A DNA stretch of 64,000 nt from Patescibacteria group bacterium (GTDB lineage: Bacteria > Patescibacteriota > JAQUNI01), in the NCBI GenBank assembly GCA_028717685.1, contig JAQUNI010000001.1, positions 143,451 through 207,450 of the forward strand. Direction: 5' to 3'. The notes beneath the pieces are model-generated. The model was not told the DNA's origin. It did no database searches and worked only from the letters and a program-made list of their open reading frames with translations. A program made the position numbers and the translations under genes. Shown in pieces: positions 1 through 9,138 of this stretch; positions within the stretch are counted from its first letter, which is position 1, and the number at the start of each line of letters is the position of its first letter.

Positions 1-765
1 CTCGGTGTCTGGCGCGGAAATAATTAAGGGCGTGCGCGCCTCATCAATCAAAATAGAGTCAATTTCGTCAACAATAGCATAACTAAGTTCTCGCTGCACC
101 ATTTGAGAACGCTCCCAGACCATATTATCTCGCAAATAATCAAAGCCAAACTCATTATTCGTGCCATAAGTAACATCGCAAGCATAAGCCTTAGCGCGGG
201 TAACTTCCTCTAAATGAGAATTCACCGCGTCACCCATCTCTACTTGTTCACTAGCGCCGCGCTCCCCTCCCTTACCTTGGTATTGGAAGGCTTTTTCGTG
301 TTGAACACAACCCACCGAGAGTCCAAGTAAATGATAAATCGACCCCATCCATTCGGTATCACGGCGCGCTAAATAATCATTCACCGTAATCACATGCACG
401 CCTTTTCCAGTTAAAGCGTTCAGATAAACAGGCATTGTCGCGGATAAAGTCTTGCCTTCGCCAGTTTTTTGCTCTGCGATCCTGCCTTGATGCAAGACTA
501 TACCCGCTAAAATTTGCACGTCATAAGGCCGCTCCCCCAGACTGCGGCGGCTAGCCTCACGGCAAGCGGCAAAGGCTAAAGGGAGAAGAGTATCTAAATC
601 TTCACCCGCTTTAATTTTCTTTTTCAACTTATCTGTAAAAACGGGGAAATCTTCATCTTTAAATTTTTTGAACTGCGGCTCTAAACGACTCACCTCATCA
701 ACTAATGGCTGCATTTTTTTTAAAACCTTATCGTTAGGGTCGCCGAAAAGTTTAGTGAGAAACAT
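1..765 (-). CDS. secA: Preprotein translocase ATPase SecA, N-terminal part (truncated by window edge)
   Basis: Minus-strand translation from the ATG at 763-765 gives [31 protein letters not shown]...[33 protein letters not shown]. This matches the SecA N-terminal DEAD-like motor and Walker A region. The ORF runs off position 1. Confidence 0.9.
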   Translation of the reverse strand, partial: MFLTKLFGDPNDKVLKKMQPLVDEVSRLEPQFKKFKDEDFPVFTDKLKKKIKAGEDLDTLLPLAFAACREASRRSLGERPYDVQILAGIVLHQGRIAEQKTGEGKTLSATMPVYLNALTGKGVHVITVNDYLARRDTEWMGSIYHLLGLSVGCVQHEKAFQYQGKGGERGASEQVEMGDAVNSHLEEVTRAKAYACDVTYGTNNEFGFDYLRDNMVWERSQMVQRELSYAIVDEIDSILIDEARTPLIISAPDTE

Positions 766-780
766 GGAAAAATTAATTTT

Positions 781-960
781 TAATTTCTAATTTTAAATTT
801 CTATTAAATCTTCAATTCTTTTAATCTTCAAACCTCAAATCTTCCTCAAGCTTTTAATCATACCAAATGCAACAAATCTTATTCTGTAAGAAGTTTAAAA
901 ATTGATTCATTAAAAATTTAATAGAAATTATAAATTGAAAATTAGAAATTTATTCTCTAT
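781..960. repeat. Promoter-proximal inverted-repeat element, family A copy 1 (AATTTCTAATTTTCAATTT arms of AGAAATT-type heptamers)
   Basis: The left arm is aatttttaatttctaattttaaatttctattaaat. The right arm, aaaaatttaatagaaattataaattgaaaattagaaatt, is its reverse complement. It lies between the hpf stop and the secA start. Confidence 0.6.
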
Positions 961-964
961 CTGA

Positions 965-1330
965 TTATTTACGCCAACGCCATATCTTCACCCACCTCTT
1001 CCAGCTTCTCTCCTCGCCGCGCTTTTTATCCCGCATCTTGGTTTTAAATTTGCGAATCTCTTGAATCATTTCCTCTCGGCAAATATCAATAGCGGCATAC
1101 AGATCCTGGGCTTCTTCTTTGGTATAAAAACGATTGCCCCTTATTTCCAGCATCACTTCCGCGTAAAAAACATTGCCCTTGCGGTGACGTTTATTGAGCG
1201 CCACTTCTACCCGCGCCAGCTGAATATCATTCAAGAACTTAGCGAGAGACCCGATTTTTTCTTCAATATAACTCTTCATTTTCTCATCCAGATTTAAATT
1301 TTTCGCTCTGACTTTGATTTGCATAGACAA
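965..1330 (-). CDS. hpf: Ribosome hibernation promoting factor / RaiA family protein
   Basis: 121 aa. MSMQIKVRAKNLNLDEKMKSYIEEKIGSLAKFL...VEVALNKRHRKGNVFYAEVMLEIRGNRF is typical of the HPF/YfiA sigma-54 modulation protein family. Confidence 0.8.
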   Translation of the reverse strand: MSMQIKVRAKNLNLDEKMKSYIEEKIGSLAKFLNDIQLARVEVALNKRHRKGNVFYAEVMLEIRGNRFYTKEEAQDLYAAIDICREEMIQEIRKFKTKMRDKKRGEERSWKRWVKIWRWRK

Positions 1331-1375
1331 AAGTTAAAAGTTAAAAGTGAAAAGGTAAAAGTAAATGCTTTTATT
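1331..1375 (-). promoter_or_regulatory. CUUUUAA-type heptamer leader array directly upstream of the hpf start codon
   Basis: The coding strand reads acttttaccttttcacttttaacttttaacttttgtct followed by ATG. There is no Shine-Dalgarno sequence. The same array precedes ftsW, atpB and atpA. Confidence 0.5.
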
Positions 1376-1377
1376 TC

Positions 1378-2334
1378 TTATTCAAATCCAATAAATTGAA
1401 CCTCGGTTTCTAAAATTATTCTGTATTTTTTGTACACTTCTTTTCGCACTAAATCAATTAAATCCAAAACATCTTTGGCTTTGGCTTCTCTCTCATTCAC
1501 AATGAAATTGGCGTGCTGCTCGGAAATTGCCGCTCCCCCCATCGTCTTATTCTTTAAGCCCAGTTTTTCAATCAAACAAGCCGCCTTGATTTCACCATAC
1601 TGAACGCATTCAGATGGCACATTTTTTAAAAACCGTTCTCCTTGCTTTAAAGGAATATTTTTAAAAACCGAACCCGCGCAATTCTTATAAGGATGACGCG
1701 CCCGCACTGCTTTAGTCCTTTCAATCTTTTCTAAAATTCTTTCTTTATCTGGAGCGGGCTCAAAGACAAAGAGAGCGTCTAGAATAATATTGTGATTTTT
1801 TTTAAAGGCACTTTCCCGATAGCCAAATTGACACTCCTTTTGGGTATAAATTTTGACCTGCGAATGCTTCGGATCTAAAACCCAAACGGTCTTGACTTTT
1901 TCACCGATAAAATGTCCAAAGGCGCCCGCATTGCCATAAATCGCGCCGCCCACTGTGCCGGGAATGCCAGAGAGATCCTCCAGACCCGCCAAACCTTGAT
2001 TTAATGATTCTCGGATTAACGCTCCCAAAGCCAAACCCGCGCCACAATGAATTTCTCGGCCGCGGCATTCTAGTTCTTGATTGGCAATTTGAATCACTAA
2101 ACCCCGAAAACCGCTATCAGCCACAAGAACATTGCTCCCGCCTCCCAATGTATAATAAGGCAATTTAAAATCCTGGGCTACATCTACCGCCTTTATTATA
2201 TCCTTTTTGTTTTTAGCCGTAAAAAAATAATCTGCCGGTCCCCCAATTTTAAAAGTAGTATATTTTTTTAAATCTTCACTAATCCTTAAACCAGCTAATT
2301 CTTTTCTTAAACCCTTTGAAAAAATGTCTATCAT
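1378..2334 (-). CDS. murB: UDP-N-acetylenolpyruvoylglucosamine reductase
   Basis: 318 aa. An FAD-binding domain (TLGGGSNVLVADSGFRGLVI) and a MurB C-terminal domain are present. It sits in the dcw cluster context next to murC. Confidence 0.9.
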   Translation of the reverse strand: MIDIFSKGLRKELAGLRISEDLKKYTTFKIGGPADYFFTAKNKKDIIKAVDVAQDFKLPYYTLGGGSNVLVADSGFRGLVIQIANQELECRGREIHCGAGLALGALIRESLNQGLAGLEDLSGIPGTVGGAIYGNAGAFGHFIGEKVKTVWVLDPKHSQVKIYTQKECQFGYRESAFKKNHNIILDALFVFEPAPDKERILEKIERTKAVRARHPYKNCAGSVFKNIPLKQGERFLKNVPSECVQYGEIKAACLIEKLGLKNKTMGGAAISEQHANFIVNEREAKAKDVLDLIDLVRKEVYKKYRIILETEVQFIGFE

Positions 2335-2487
2335 TGACTTTGGAATGAAAAATTGTATAATTCAATAATCCCTTTAAAATAGGGAGGTCGAAGCGCCGCT
2401 ATTTTCTAGTATGCGGAGCTGTGATTCTTAAGTCCGATCAATAATTACAAAACACTTAGCGCCTTTCTGAAACTGGAAAGGGAATAA

Positions 2488-2706
2488 ATGGAGGAAATTG
2501 AAATGGATAACATTGTGGATGCCTATGTTGTATCTACAGTTGGAGGAAAAATAGACTGGTACTATTGCCTAATCAAAGACACAGGGAAAAAAATCCTAGC
2601 CCAGGCAAAGCATCAGCAAACGGAAATCCCAAAGGAAACGAAGGTCAAGATCAAACTTGCCACTAATAATGATACCATGGGGACAATAACGGAAATAGCA
2701 CATTAA
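2488..2706 (+). CDS. Small hypothetical protein (72 aa)
   Basis: An ORF in the murB-murC gap on the opposite strand, with a weak upstream purine-rich stretch (ggaaaggg). No recognisable family. Confidence 0.25.
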   Translation: MEEIEMDNIVDAYVVSTVGGKIDWYYCLIKDTGKKILAQAKHQQTEIPKETKVKIKLATNNDTMGTITEIAH

Positions 2707-2789
2707 GAATAATATGCTCACTACAATGGAAAAAATATGAAATCATCTATCCATTGTGGTAAAATGATCTTTTTTCAAGCCAGGAGATA

Positions 2790-4124
2790 TCATAATCCCT
2801 GGTTTTTTAATACTGTTATCAATCGAGGAGTTAACTGATTGATATCCCCCGCGCCCATAATCATGACTACATCGTTACGACGTATATTCTTCAATAAATA
2901 ATGGATGATTTCTGAAAAATGTTCCGAATAAACCGCTTGGGGGCGTTTTCTGCTTATTTCCCGCGCCAGCTTTTGGCTTAAGACGGTTAAATTCGCTTTA
3001 CTGATTTCATCGCGACCCAAAACACCAAAAATTTTCGTAATCATCACACGATCCGCGTCTTGGAAAGCCTCGCTGAATCCCCGAAACAATTTCTCCGTGC
3101 GCTGAATTTGGTGAGGCTGATAAACACACCAAATTCTTCGCTTGCCATATTTCTGCCGCGCCGCCCTCAAGGTCGCCCGAATTTCCGTCGGATGATGAGC
3201 ATAATCATCTATAACTGTCACTTCTTTATCATATTTAATTTCAAACCTCCGCCAAGCGCCGGTATAGCCATCTAGAGCTTTCAAAATTATTTCTTCTTTT
3301 ATACCTAAAACCTTCCCCACTGCAAAAGCCGCTAAGGCATTTTTGACATTGTGCTCGCCGGTAATTTTTAAAGCATGCTCTATTGCCTTCCGCGGTCCTT
3401 TTTCATAATCAATGATTTTGATTCCTTTCTTAACAATGAAACAATGAAACAATGAAACAATATTACTAACGGCAATCAAAAAACCACCTTGCGGCAATAA
3501 TTTCACAAAATTCTTAAAAGCCGCTTGAATATCTTTTAGGTCTTTATAATAGTCAAGGTGGTCCTCTTCAATGTTTGTAATCACGATAATATCTGGATGA
3601 TAATTCAAAAAAGCTCTTTTGTATTCGTCCGCTTCAATCACTAAATATTTGCTTTCGCCCAAACGCGCGTTCGCATTATTTAACTCTTTTAACTTGCTGC
3701 CAATAATAATTGCGGGGTCTAATCCGGCTTTTAACAATATTAAAGAAATCATTCCGGTGGTTGTGGTTTTTCCGTGGGTGCCGGAAACGCAAAGCGTAAA
3801 ATATTTTTTGGTAAGTTCTCCCAGAGCTTCCGGATAAGTGAGACTTCTAATGCCTCGTGCTTTCGCTTCCCGCAATTCAGAATTATTTTCGGAAATGGCT
3901 AAGTTATAAACCACCAAATTAGTATTTAAAGGCAAATTTCCCTTTTGATGTTTGCCAATCTTGACTTGCGCGCCTAATTTTCTTAAATCCTTTATCGTTT
4001 CCGAATCCGCTAAATCTGAACCCGAAATCTTGTATCCTTTTTCTAAATAAATCCGCGCTAAGCCCGAAATTCCAATCCCGCCAATGCCGATAAAATGGAT
4101 TTTCACTTTTTTCTTTATTGACAT
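2790..4124 (-). CDS. murC: UDP-N-acetylmuramate--L-alanine ligase
   Basis: 444 aa. Contains the N-terminal GIGGIGISGLA motif and the Mur ligase P-loop GTHGKTTTTGMI. It also contains an in-frame 8-bp x3 tandem repeat (aacaatga) at 3431-3460. Confidence 0.92.
   Translation of the reverse strand: MSIKKKVKIHFIGIGGIGISGLARIYLEKGYKISGSDLADSETIKDLRKLGAQVKIGKHQKGNLPLNTNLVVYNLAISENNSELREAKARGIRSLTYPEALGELTKKYFTLCVSGTHGKTTTTGMISLILLKAGLDPAIIIGSKLKELNNANARLGESKYLVIEADEYKRAFLNYHPDIIVITNIEEDHLDYYKDLKDIQAAFKNFVKLLPQGGFLIAVSNIVSLFHCFIVKKGIKIIDYEKGPRKAIEHALKITGEHNVKNALAAFAVGKVLGIKEEIILKALDGYTGAWRRFEIKYDKEVTVIDDYAHHPTEIRATLRAARQKYGKRRIWCVYQPHQIQRTEKLFRGFSEAFQDADRVMITKIFGVLGRDEISKANLTVLSQKLAREISRKRPQAVYSEHFSEIIHYLLKNIRRNDVVMIMGAGDINQLTPRLITVLKNQGL
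3431..3460. repeat. Tandem 8-mer repeat (AACAATGA x3.5) inside the murC coding sequence
   Basis: aacaatgaaacaatgaaacaatgaaacaat is translated in frame as VSLFHCFIV. Related TGAAACA palindromes occur at 18318-18412 and 39801-39850. Confidence 0.7.
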
Positions 4125-4229
4125 ATAATAAAATATGTTCTATATTCAATGGATTGTTTCTATTGTTTTTGTTCTTTGTAATATATCATATATTGAGGGT
4201 ATTTAACTGCGAAGCGGGAGGTATGGATA

Positions 4230-4670
4230 ATGGCAAAAAGACGAAAAATAGAGATATTATTACTGGCGGCTGCAATAATAGGGATATGGGTGTTTAGTCT
4301 TTACCCCGATCCACCCATAAGAAAGCTATCTTACCAAGAAAAAAGATTCGGCATGATCTTAACAGGAAAGAAATATGTGGACTGCCGAAGTAAGCTACAC
4401 ATCACCTATAAAGATTGGGGGGCAGATGGCAATCTGGATGAGGCGGAAAGAAACAAAATCATCAACGGCAATCTAGTAAAGGAAAAGGTCATATTCACCG
4501 AGACGCAAAGTGAGGCTGAAAAAGGAAACGCGGATGTTGGGGAATTTAACCATTTGGGGAATTTTGTCCCTAAGGATCCTCATAAACGCTATGTCTGGAA
4601 CGAATCACCAGAAGGGCAAACATGGCAAGAAAAGTTTGAAAAATTATTAGAAGATTATAATCGACAATAG
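4230..4670 (+). CDS. Hypothetical membrane-anchored protein (146 aa)
   Basis: Has an N-terminal TM helix (IEILLLAAAIIGIWVFSLY). A GGGAGG Shine-Dalgarno sits 12 nt upstream. It is plus-strand, antisense to the surrounding dcw genes. Confidence 0.5.
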   Translation: MAKRRKIEILLLAAAIIGIWVFSLYPDPPIRKLSYQEKRFGMILTGKKYVDCRSKLHITYKDWGADGNLDEAERNKIINGNLVKEKVIFTETQSEAEKGNADVGEFNHLGNFVPKDPHKRYVWNESPEGQTWQEKFEKLLEDYNRQ

Positions 4671-4680
4671 GAGGGACAGA

Positions 4681-5283
4681 ATGCAAAAATGGTTGTTGAT
4701 TCTTTGCTTTGCAGCCGTAGTCATGTTCTGCTTTAAGTTGAACACAGCAATTCAAGAAGAGGAGTTCCGATCGCGCAATCTCCTCAATAAAATGCTGGAT
4801 TTGACAGAAGACGCATCGCGTTATGTCAAACCGACAGAGGGAGATTGGAAATATTTTTCTGATCTCGGCTGGGCATTTATGCCGACTGACGGCAAGAACT
4901 GGGCGTATTGGCGGGACAAGCAAGAAAAGGCGCAATTTTTCACCCTCCTTGACCTTGCTCTGTACAAAAATCAGAACAATTTTTATCTACGCCCTTTCCA
5001 ATATCGCAAGGCATATGCCTTCAATCCCGTAAGTATTGATCGAAAAGAGATTCAGAAAGTTGATAATATTCAAAATGAATATGGGAGAATTTGGATAGAA
5101 GTTCAAGAGCCAGGCAGACTGGTTTTCATTGGTCTCACCAAACCTTTAAAATTCCGTCAACCGCGCAAACTCCATTTGGAGATATCAAATCATTATCTTA
5201 TAGAACGCACAAAAGAATCCGGTGCTTTTTACTGGAAGCCAGTAGGTAAATTAAGTACTAAAACTGAGGCAGAAATTCAATGA
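4681..5283 (+). CDS. Hypothetical secreted protein (200 aa)
   Basis: Has a signal-peptide-like N-terminus (MQKWLLILCFAAVVMFCF). An AGGAGG Shine-Dalgarno sits 8 nt upstream. It is followed by a rho-independent terminator. Confidence 0.55.
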   Translation: MQKWLLILCFAAVVMFCFKLNTAIQEEEFRSRNLLNKMLDLTEDASRYVKPTEGDWKYFSDLGWAFMPTDGKNWAYWRDKQEKAQFFTLLDLALYKNQNNFYLRPFQYRKAYAFNPVSIDRKEIQKVDNIQNEYGRIWIEVQEPGRLVFIGLTKPLKFRQPRKLHLEISNHYLIERTKESGAFYWKPVGKLSTKTEAEIQ

Positions 5284-5290
5284 CTTACAA

Positions 5291-5318
5291 CGCGAGTGTT
5301 CCATCACTCGCTTTTTTT
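5291..5318 (+). terminator. Rho-independent terminator after the plus-strand gene pair
   Basis: A cgcgagtg-ttcca-tcactcgc hairpin followed by TTTTTTT. Confidence 0.6.
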
Positions 5319-5409
5319 ATCCTGCATCTTTTTGAATAATACCAGCCAGCCCAGGTTAAAGGACAGGGTGGATGAATCTGACTACCCTGTCTGACGAAAG
5401 GTGTGGGAT

Positions 5410-6504
5410 TTATTTTTCCAAAATCTCGGAAGCGATCTTTCGAGCCGCATCAAACTTAGCTAAACCTTTAGCTTTCTTTCTCATTGTTTCAAGCTGATTG
5501 GGATTTTTAAATAAACTTGTAATCAAACTAATCAATTTCCGCGAAGTTAAATCTTTTTGTTCTAAAATAATACTCGCCCCTCTTTTTTCAAAAATCTTAG
5601 CATTAGCGAGCTGGTGATCAGAAGCAGCAGACGGCAAAGGGATTAAAATTGACGGCTTAGCGCAAGCCGCAATCTCCGCCAAAGAATTAGCACCGGCGCG
5701 GGAGATGATAAGATCAGCAATAGAATAAGCCAAAGCTATTTTCTCCCCATCTAAATAAGAATAAGACCGATAGTCCCTCATTTTTCCCTTTGCTGGTTCA
5801 AGTCTCTGACTTGAACCGGATTGTACCCCTGTCAAATGAACAATCTGATATCCCTTTAACTTTCCCAATAATTTCCGAATTAAATCGTTAATAAACCGCG
5901 CGCCTTGGCTGCCGCCCATCGCCAAAATAGTTGGCTTGTCTTTCGACAAATGAAAAAAATCGCGCGCCTTTACAGGGTCACCCTTCAAAATTTCCTGCCG
6001 CACAGGATTGCCAGTAAAAATATATTTACCCTGTAAAGACTTGGCAGATAGCTTCTCCGCAGAATGCGCATTAAATCCCAATAAAACTTTACTCGCCAAG
6101 TGCGCCGCGATTCTATTTGCAAGCCCTGGCACCGCATCAGATTCATGGACAATAATTTTTTTATGCAAAATCCAAGCGGCGATTACGACGGGTAGACTCA
6201 CATAACCACCCTTACTAAAAATCACATTGGGCTTAAATCCCAGAATCAAGAAAAAACTTTGAAAAATCCCCGCCGGAATCTTGAAAAAATCAATCAAATT
6301 CCAAAAAGAAAAATAACGCCTGAACTTGCCACAGGCGATTTTTTGAAAAGGGATATGATTTTCTCTCGCTGCTCGCTCCTCGGGATGGTCATCTCCCAGC
6401 CAAAACAATTTCAAATCTTTCCTTTGTCTCACGAGTTCCCGAACCACAGCGACAATAGGAATTGTATGACCGCCCGTACCGCCGCCAGTAAGAAGAATAC
6501 GCAT
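5410..6504 (-). CDS. murG: Undecaprenyldiphospho-muramoylpentapeptide beta-N-acetylglucosaminyltransferase
   Basis: 364 aa. Starts MRILLTGGGTGGHTIPIVAV, with a GT28 N-terminal and C-terminal fold. Adjacent to ftsW. Confidence 0.92.
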   Translation of the reverse strand: MRILLTGGGTGGHTIPIVAVVRELVRQRKDLKLFWLGDDHPEERAARENHIPFQKIACGKFRRYFSFWNLIDFFKIPAGIFQSFFLILGFKPNVIFSKGGYVSLPVVIAAWILHKKIIVHESDAVPGLANRIAAHLASKVLLGFNAHSAEKLSAKSLQGKYIFTGNPVRQEILKGDPVKARDFFHLSKDKPTILAMGGSQGARFINDLIRKLLGKLKGYQIVHLTGVQSGSSQRLEPAKGKMRDYRSYSYLDGEKIALAYSIADLIISRAGANSLAEIAACAKPSILIPLPSAASDHQLANAKIFEKRGASIILEQKDLTSRKLISLITSLFKNPNQLETMRKKAKGLAKFDAARKIASEILEK

Positions 6505-6588
6505 TGATAACGAATTACGAATTTCGAATCACGAATTACGGAAAACCAATTTATAACCGTGATTCGTAATTCTTAATTCGTGAATCGA
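6505..6588. repeat. ATTCGTAATTCG-type heptamer and inverted repeats in the murG-ftsW spacer
   Basis: cgaattacgaatttcgaatcacgaattacg ... gtgattcgtaattcttaattcgtgaatcg. This is the same motif family as the in-frame repeats in atpB and the giant gene. Confidence 0.55.
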
Positions 6589-7680
6589 CTACACTGTCTG
6601 TTTTGAGATATTTGTCAAAATCCCTACCGCGACCAAAGAAATCACCATAGCAGATCCGCCATAACTAATCAAGGGCAAAGGAACCCCCGTTAAAGGGATT
6701 AAACCACTTAAAGCCAGAATATTCATAAAAGCCTGAAAACAAAGCCAAGAAGTGATCCCGCCAGCAAGCAACCGACCAAAGCTATCAGGACTCCCACGCG
6801 CAATCTTAAAACCTTGGTAAGTTAAAAAAGAAAAAATAAACACTAAAAAGGAAACCCTGAGGAAGCCCAGCTCCTCACAGATGACCGCAAAAATAGAATC
6901 TCCGGCGACCTCGGGTAAATAACTATATTTCTGTCTAGACTGGCCAAAACCCAAACCCCATAACCCTCCCGAACCTTCCGCAATTAGAGCTTGATTTAAA
7001 TGGTAGCCAATCCCCTGGGGATCCGTTTCGGGATTGCGGAAAACAACAAAACGATTCATCCTATAAGGCGCAATCACAATCAGAAGCCAAAAAGTTAAAG
7101 CCAAGATACCGCCAATCATCGCTAAATGAGAGAAGCGGGCGCCGGCTAGATAGAAAACAATCACAGAGGTGAGTAAAATAATAGATAAAGTGCCTAGGTC
7201 TGGTTGCAACACAATTAAAAAACTCACCACCCCCAAAATAGCTAAAAAGGGCAGAAAACCATATTGGAAATGGGGGACCTGCTCGCGTTTTTTTGAAAGC
7301 CAAGTAGCCAGATAGATGACAAAGGTGAGTTTAAGTAATTCTGTGGGTTGAAAAGAGAAATGACCGGCTCCAATCCAGCGCCGCGCTCCCTTAAAACCCA
7401 ATCCGATTCCAGGAATAAACACTAAAATTAAAAGGATCAAAGAAATAATTAAAGCGAGAAAAGCCCATTTTTGCCACTTGTGATAATCAATTTTCGCAAA
7501 GATGAGCCAAGCGATAAAACCTAAAAGCGCACCAAAAAAAAATTGGTGGCGCAGATAATAAGCATTGTTGCCGAATCTTTCATAAGACAAAACAGAGCTT
7601 GCGGAACCAATCATCACCAGTCCAAAAATCACCAAGGCGAAAACAGTAATAATCAAGGAATAATTCGGTTTGTGCATCAA
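6589..7680 (-). CDS. ftsW: SEDS-family peptidoglycan glycosyltransferase FtsW/RodA
   Basis: 363 aa, polytopic membrane protein with an FtsW/RodA C-terminal signature (GIPLPLISYGGSAMV). Located upstream of murG in the dcw order. Confidence 0.85.
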   Translation of the reverse strand: MMHKPNYSLIITVFALVIFGLVMIGSASSVLSYERFGNNAYYLRHQFFFGALLGFIAWLIFAKIDYHKWQKWAFLALIISLILLILVFIPGIGLGFKGARRWIGAGHFSFQPTELLKLTFVIYLATWLSKKREQVPHFQYGFLPFLAILGVVSFLIVLQPDLGTLSIILLTSVIVFYLAGARFSHLAMIGGILALTFWLLIVIAPYRMNRFVVFRNPETDPQGIGYHLNQALIAEGSGGLWGLGFGQSRQKYSYLPEVAGDSIFAVICEELGFLRVSFLVFIFSFLTYQGFKIARGSPDSFGRLLAGGITSWLCFQAFMNILALSGLIPLTGVPLPLISYGGSAMVISLVAVGILTNISKQTV

Positions 7681-7725
7681 ATCAAAGTTAAAAGTTAAAA
7701 GTGCAAAGTTAAAAGTTCAGTTCAA
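7681..7725 (-). promoter_or_regulatory. CUUUUAA-type heptamer leader array upstream of ftsW
   Basis: The coding strand reads gaacttttaactttgcacttttaacttttaactttgatttg followed by ATG. Confidence 0.45.
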
Positions 7726-7770
7726 AATTTTAAATTTATTCCTTAAACTTTAAACTAGTAACTGCCTGCC

Positions 7771-7822
7771 CGCTCACGCGCTTCGCCAGCAGGCTTGTGA
7801 GCAGGCGGGTAACTTTGGACTT
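7771..7822. repeat. GC-rich palindromic repeat, family D (CTGCCTGCCCGCTCAC...GTGAGCAGGCGGG)
   Basis: A second copy lies at 59655-59740. Both are in intergenic spacers of dcw genes. Confidence 0.55.
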
Positions 7823-7890
7823 TGAATTTTTAACTTGAAACTCTTCTTCTATAATAAAAATGAGCCACTTAACTATTCCGTCTATATCCC

Positions 7891-8859
7891 TCATTTCTCT
7901 ATTTCCTTCCTCGTCAACAACCCTGATTGCGCCCCGTAGTCTTTGAGCACGCTGGCGCCATTTTTCACTCCCCACAAAAGCGCTGTCCTTATGTCTTTAC
8001 CCAAAGCAATAGCTCCCAAAAAGGCGGCAGAAAAGGCATCGCCAGCGCCCGTCGTATCCGCAACCTTACTCGCTTTTATCGCCTCTTGAAAGTTTAGTTC
8101 TTTACCATCATAAGCCGATGCTCCTCTGGCCCCTTCTGTGATAACCACGATCTTGGGACCCCAAGAAAAAAGTTCGCGCGCAATATTACCAGCAAGCAAA
8201 GAAAAATTTTTATTCTTGCTTAAAACAAGCTCAATCGCCTCATCCAAAGTTAAAATTAAAATTTCCACATTACGCAAGATCTCTCGCAACCCTTCATACC
8301 CTGAAGACAATTGCGCCAACCCAGGATTAAAGTAAATTTTCATTTTCTTCTTTGCCGCCAAATCTGTTATATCCCTCAACAACTTTAACCATTCGCCAGT
8401 GAGGGAAGAAATGTAGATCCATTTGCTCGCAAATCTTTTACGTCCCAGATTTAAATTATTGCTTGCATTTTTGTCCACAAACACAACATGATCTCCGCCG
8501 CCCTTCTCATCTATAATAACCACGGAGAGATCAGTCCTCTCTTTTCTATCCCAAGAAATGAGCGTCCCGGAAACTTTCGCGGCTTTAAGATTTTTCTTAA
8601 TCTTCAGACCATCCAAGTCGCGGCCCAAGTTCACCCGGCAAGCTACGCGCAAACCTAATTTTGCTAATCCTACCGCCACATTGCAAGCTCCACCTCCAAA
8701 ATTATCATAAGTATGCAGAACCGGAATTTTGGCGCCATATTCAAAACCCAAAAGCTTATTCGCCAATGGATCATGATTGGTGGTAATTAGCTTGCCTGCT
8801 GCGGTGCGGATCACGATATCGCGGGTTGAGCCGCCAAAAGTTACCACATCGTAGTGCAT
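7891..8859 (-). CDS. PfkB-family carbohydrate or nucleoside kinase (ribokinase-like)
   Basis: 322 aa. Has an N-terminal GG motif and the C-terminal TTGAGDAFSAAFL anion-hole motif characteristic of PfkB kinases. Confidence 0.8.
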   Translation of the reverse strand: MHYDVVTFGGSTRDIVIRTAAGKLITTNHDPLANKLLGFEYGAKIPVLHTYDNFGGGACNVAVGLAKLGLRVACRVNLGRDLDGLKIKKNLKAAKVSGTLISWDRKERTDLSVVIIDEKGGGDHVVFVDKNASNNLNLGRKRFASKWIYISSLTGEWLKLLRDITDLAAKKKMKIYFNPGLAQLSSGYEGLREILRNVEILILTLDEAIELVLSKNKNFSLLAGNIARELFSWGPKIVVITEGARGASAYDGKELNFQEAIKASKVADTTGAGDAFSAAFLGAIALGKDIRTALLWGVKNGASVLKDYGAQSGLLTRKEIEK

Positions 8860-8996
8860 AAATTTAAAATTAATCCTTCAACAAATTTCAGGATTAATGC
8901 TGAGCAAAGCCGAAGCATTAACCCTTCAGCAAAGTTCAAAAATAATATTGAACAAAGCCGAGGTATTAAAGTTTCTTTAGGAGTATTCAATCGCGA

Positions 8997-9105
8997 ACCC
9001 CGTTACAGAACTTCGTTCTCTAACCCCATCTAGAAATTTATTTCTAACGGGGCTGACGGTTTTCGCTGACCCCATTAAATGTTTACTATCCAACGGGGTG
9101 AATAA
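8997..9105. repeat. Family B palindromic unit cluster (degenerate CCCCGTTAGAAAT...ATTTCTAACGGGG)
   Basis: gaaccccgttacagaacttcgttctctaaccccatctagaaatttatttctaacggggctgacgg...ccaacgggg. It lies between the gpmI stop and the PfkB kinase start. Confidence 0.5.
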
Positions 9106-9138
9106 AATTTACAAAGATGAGAGCCACGGGAGTGTGGA

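Noticed and set aside
3431-3460. Possible CRISPR-like array (aacaatga repeats, plus cattgtttcattg copies elsewhere)
   Set aside because: The units are only 8 bp, directly tandem without spacers, and lie inside murC in frame. There are no cas genes, so this is not a CRISPR.
4570-4935. 121-aa minus-strand ORF overlapping the two plus-strand genes
   Set aside because: It is antisense to two ORFs that have signal peptides, SDs and a terminator. It has no start context.
7736-7975. 79-aa ORF between ftsW and the PfkB kinase
   Set aside because: It overlaps the family D GC-rich palindrome and the kinase 3' end. Its translation is arginine-rich and low-complexity, so it is likely noncoding.
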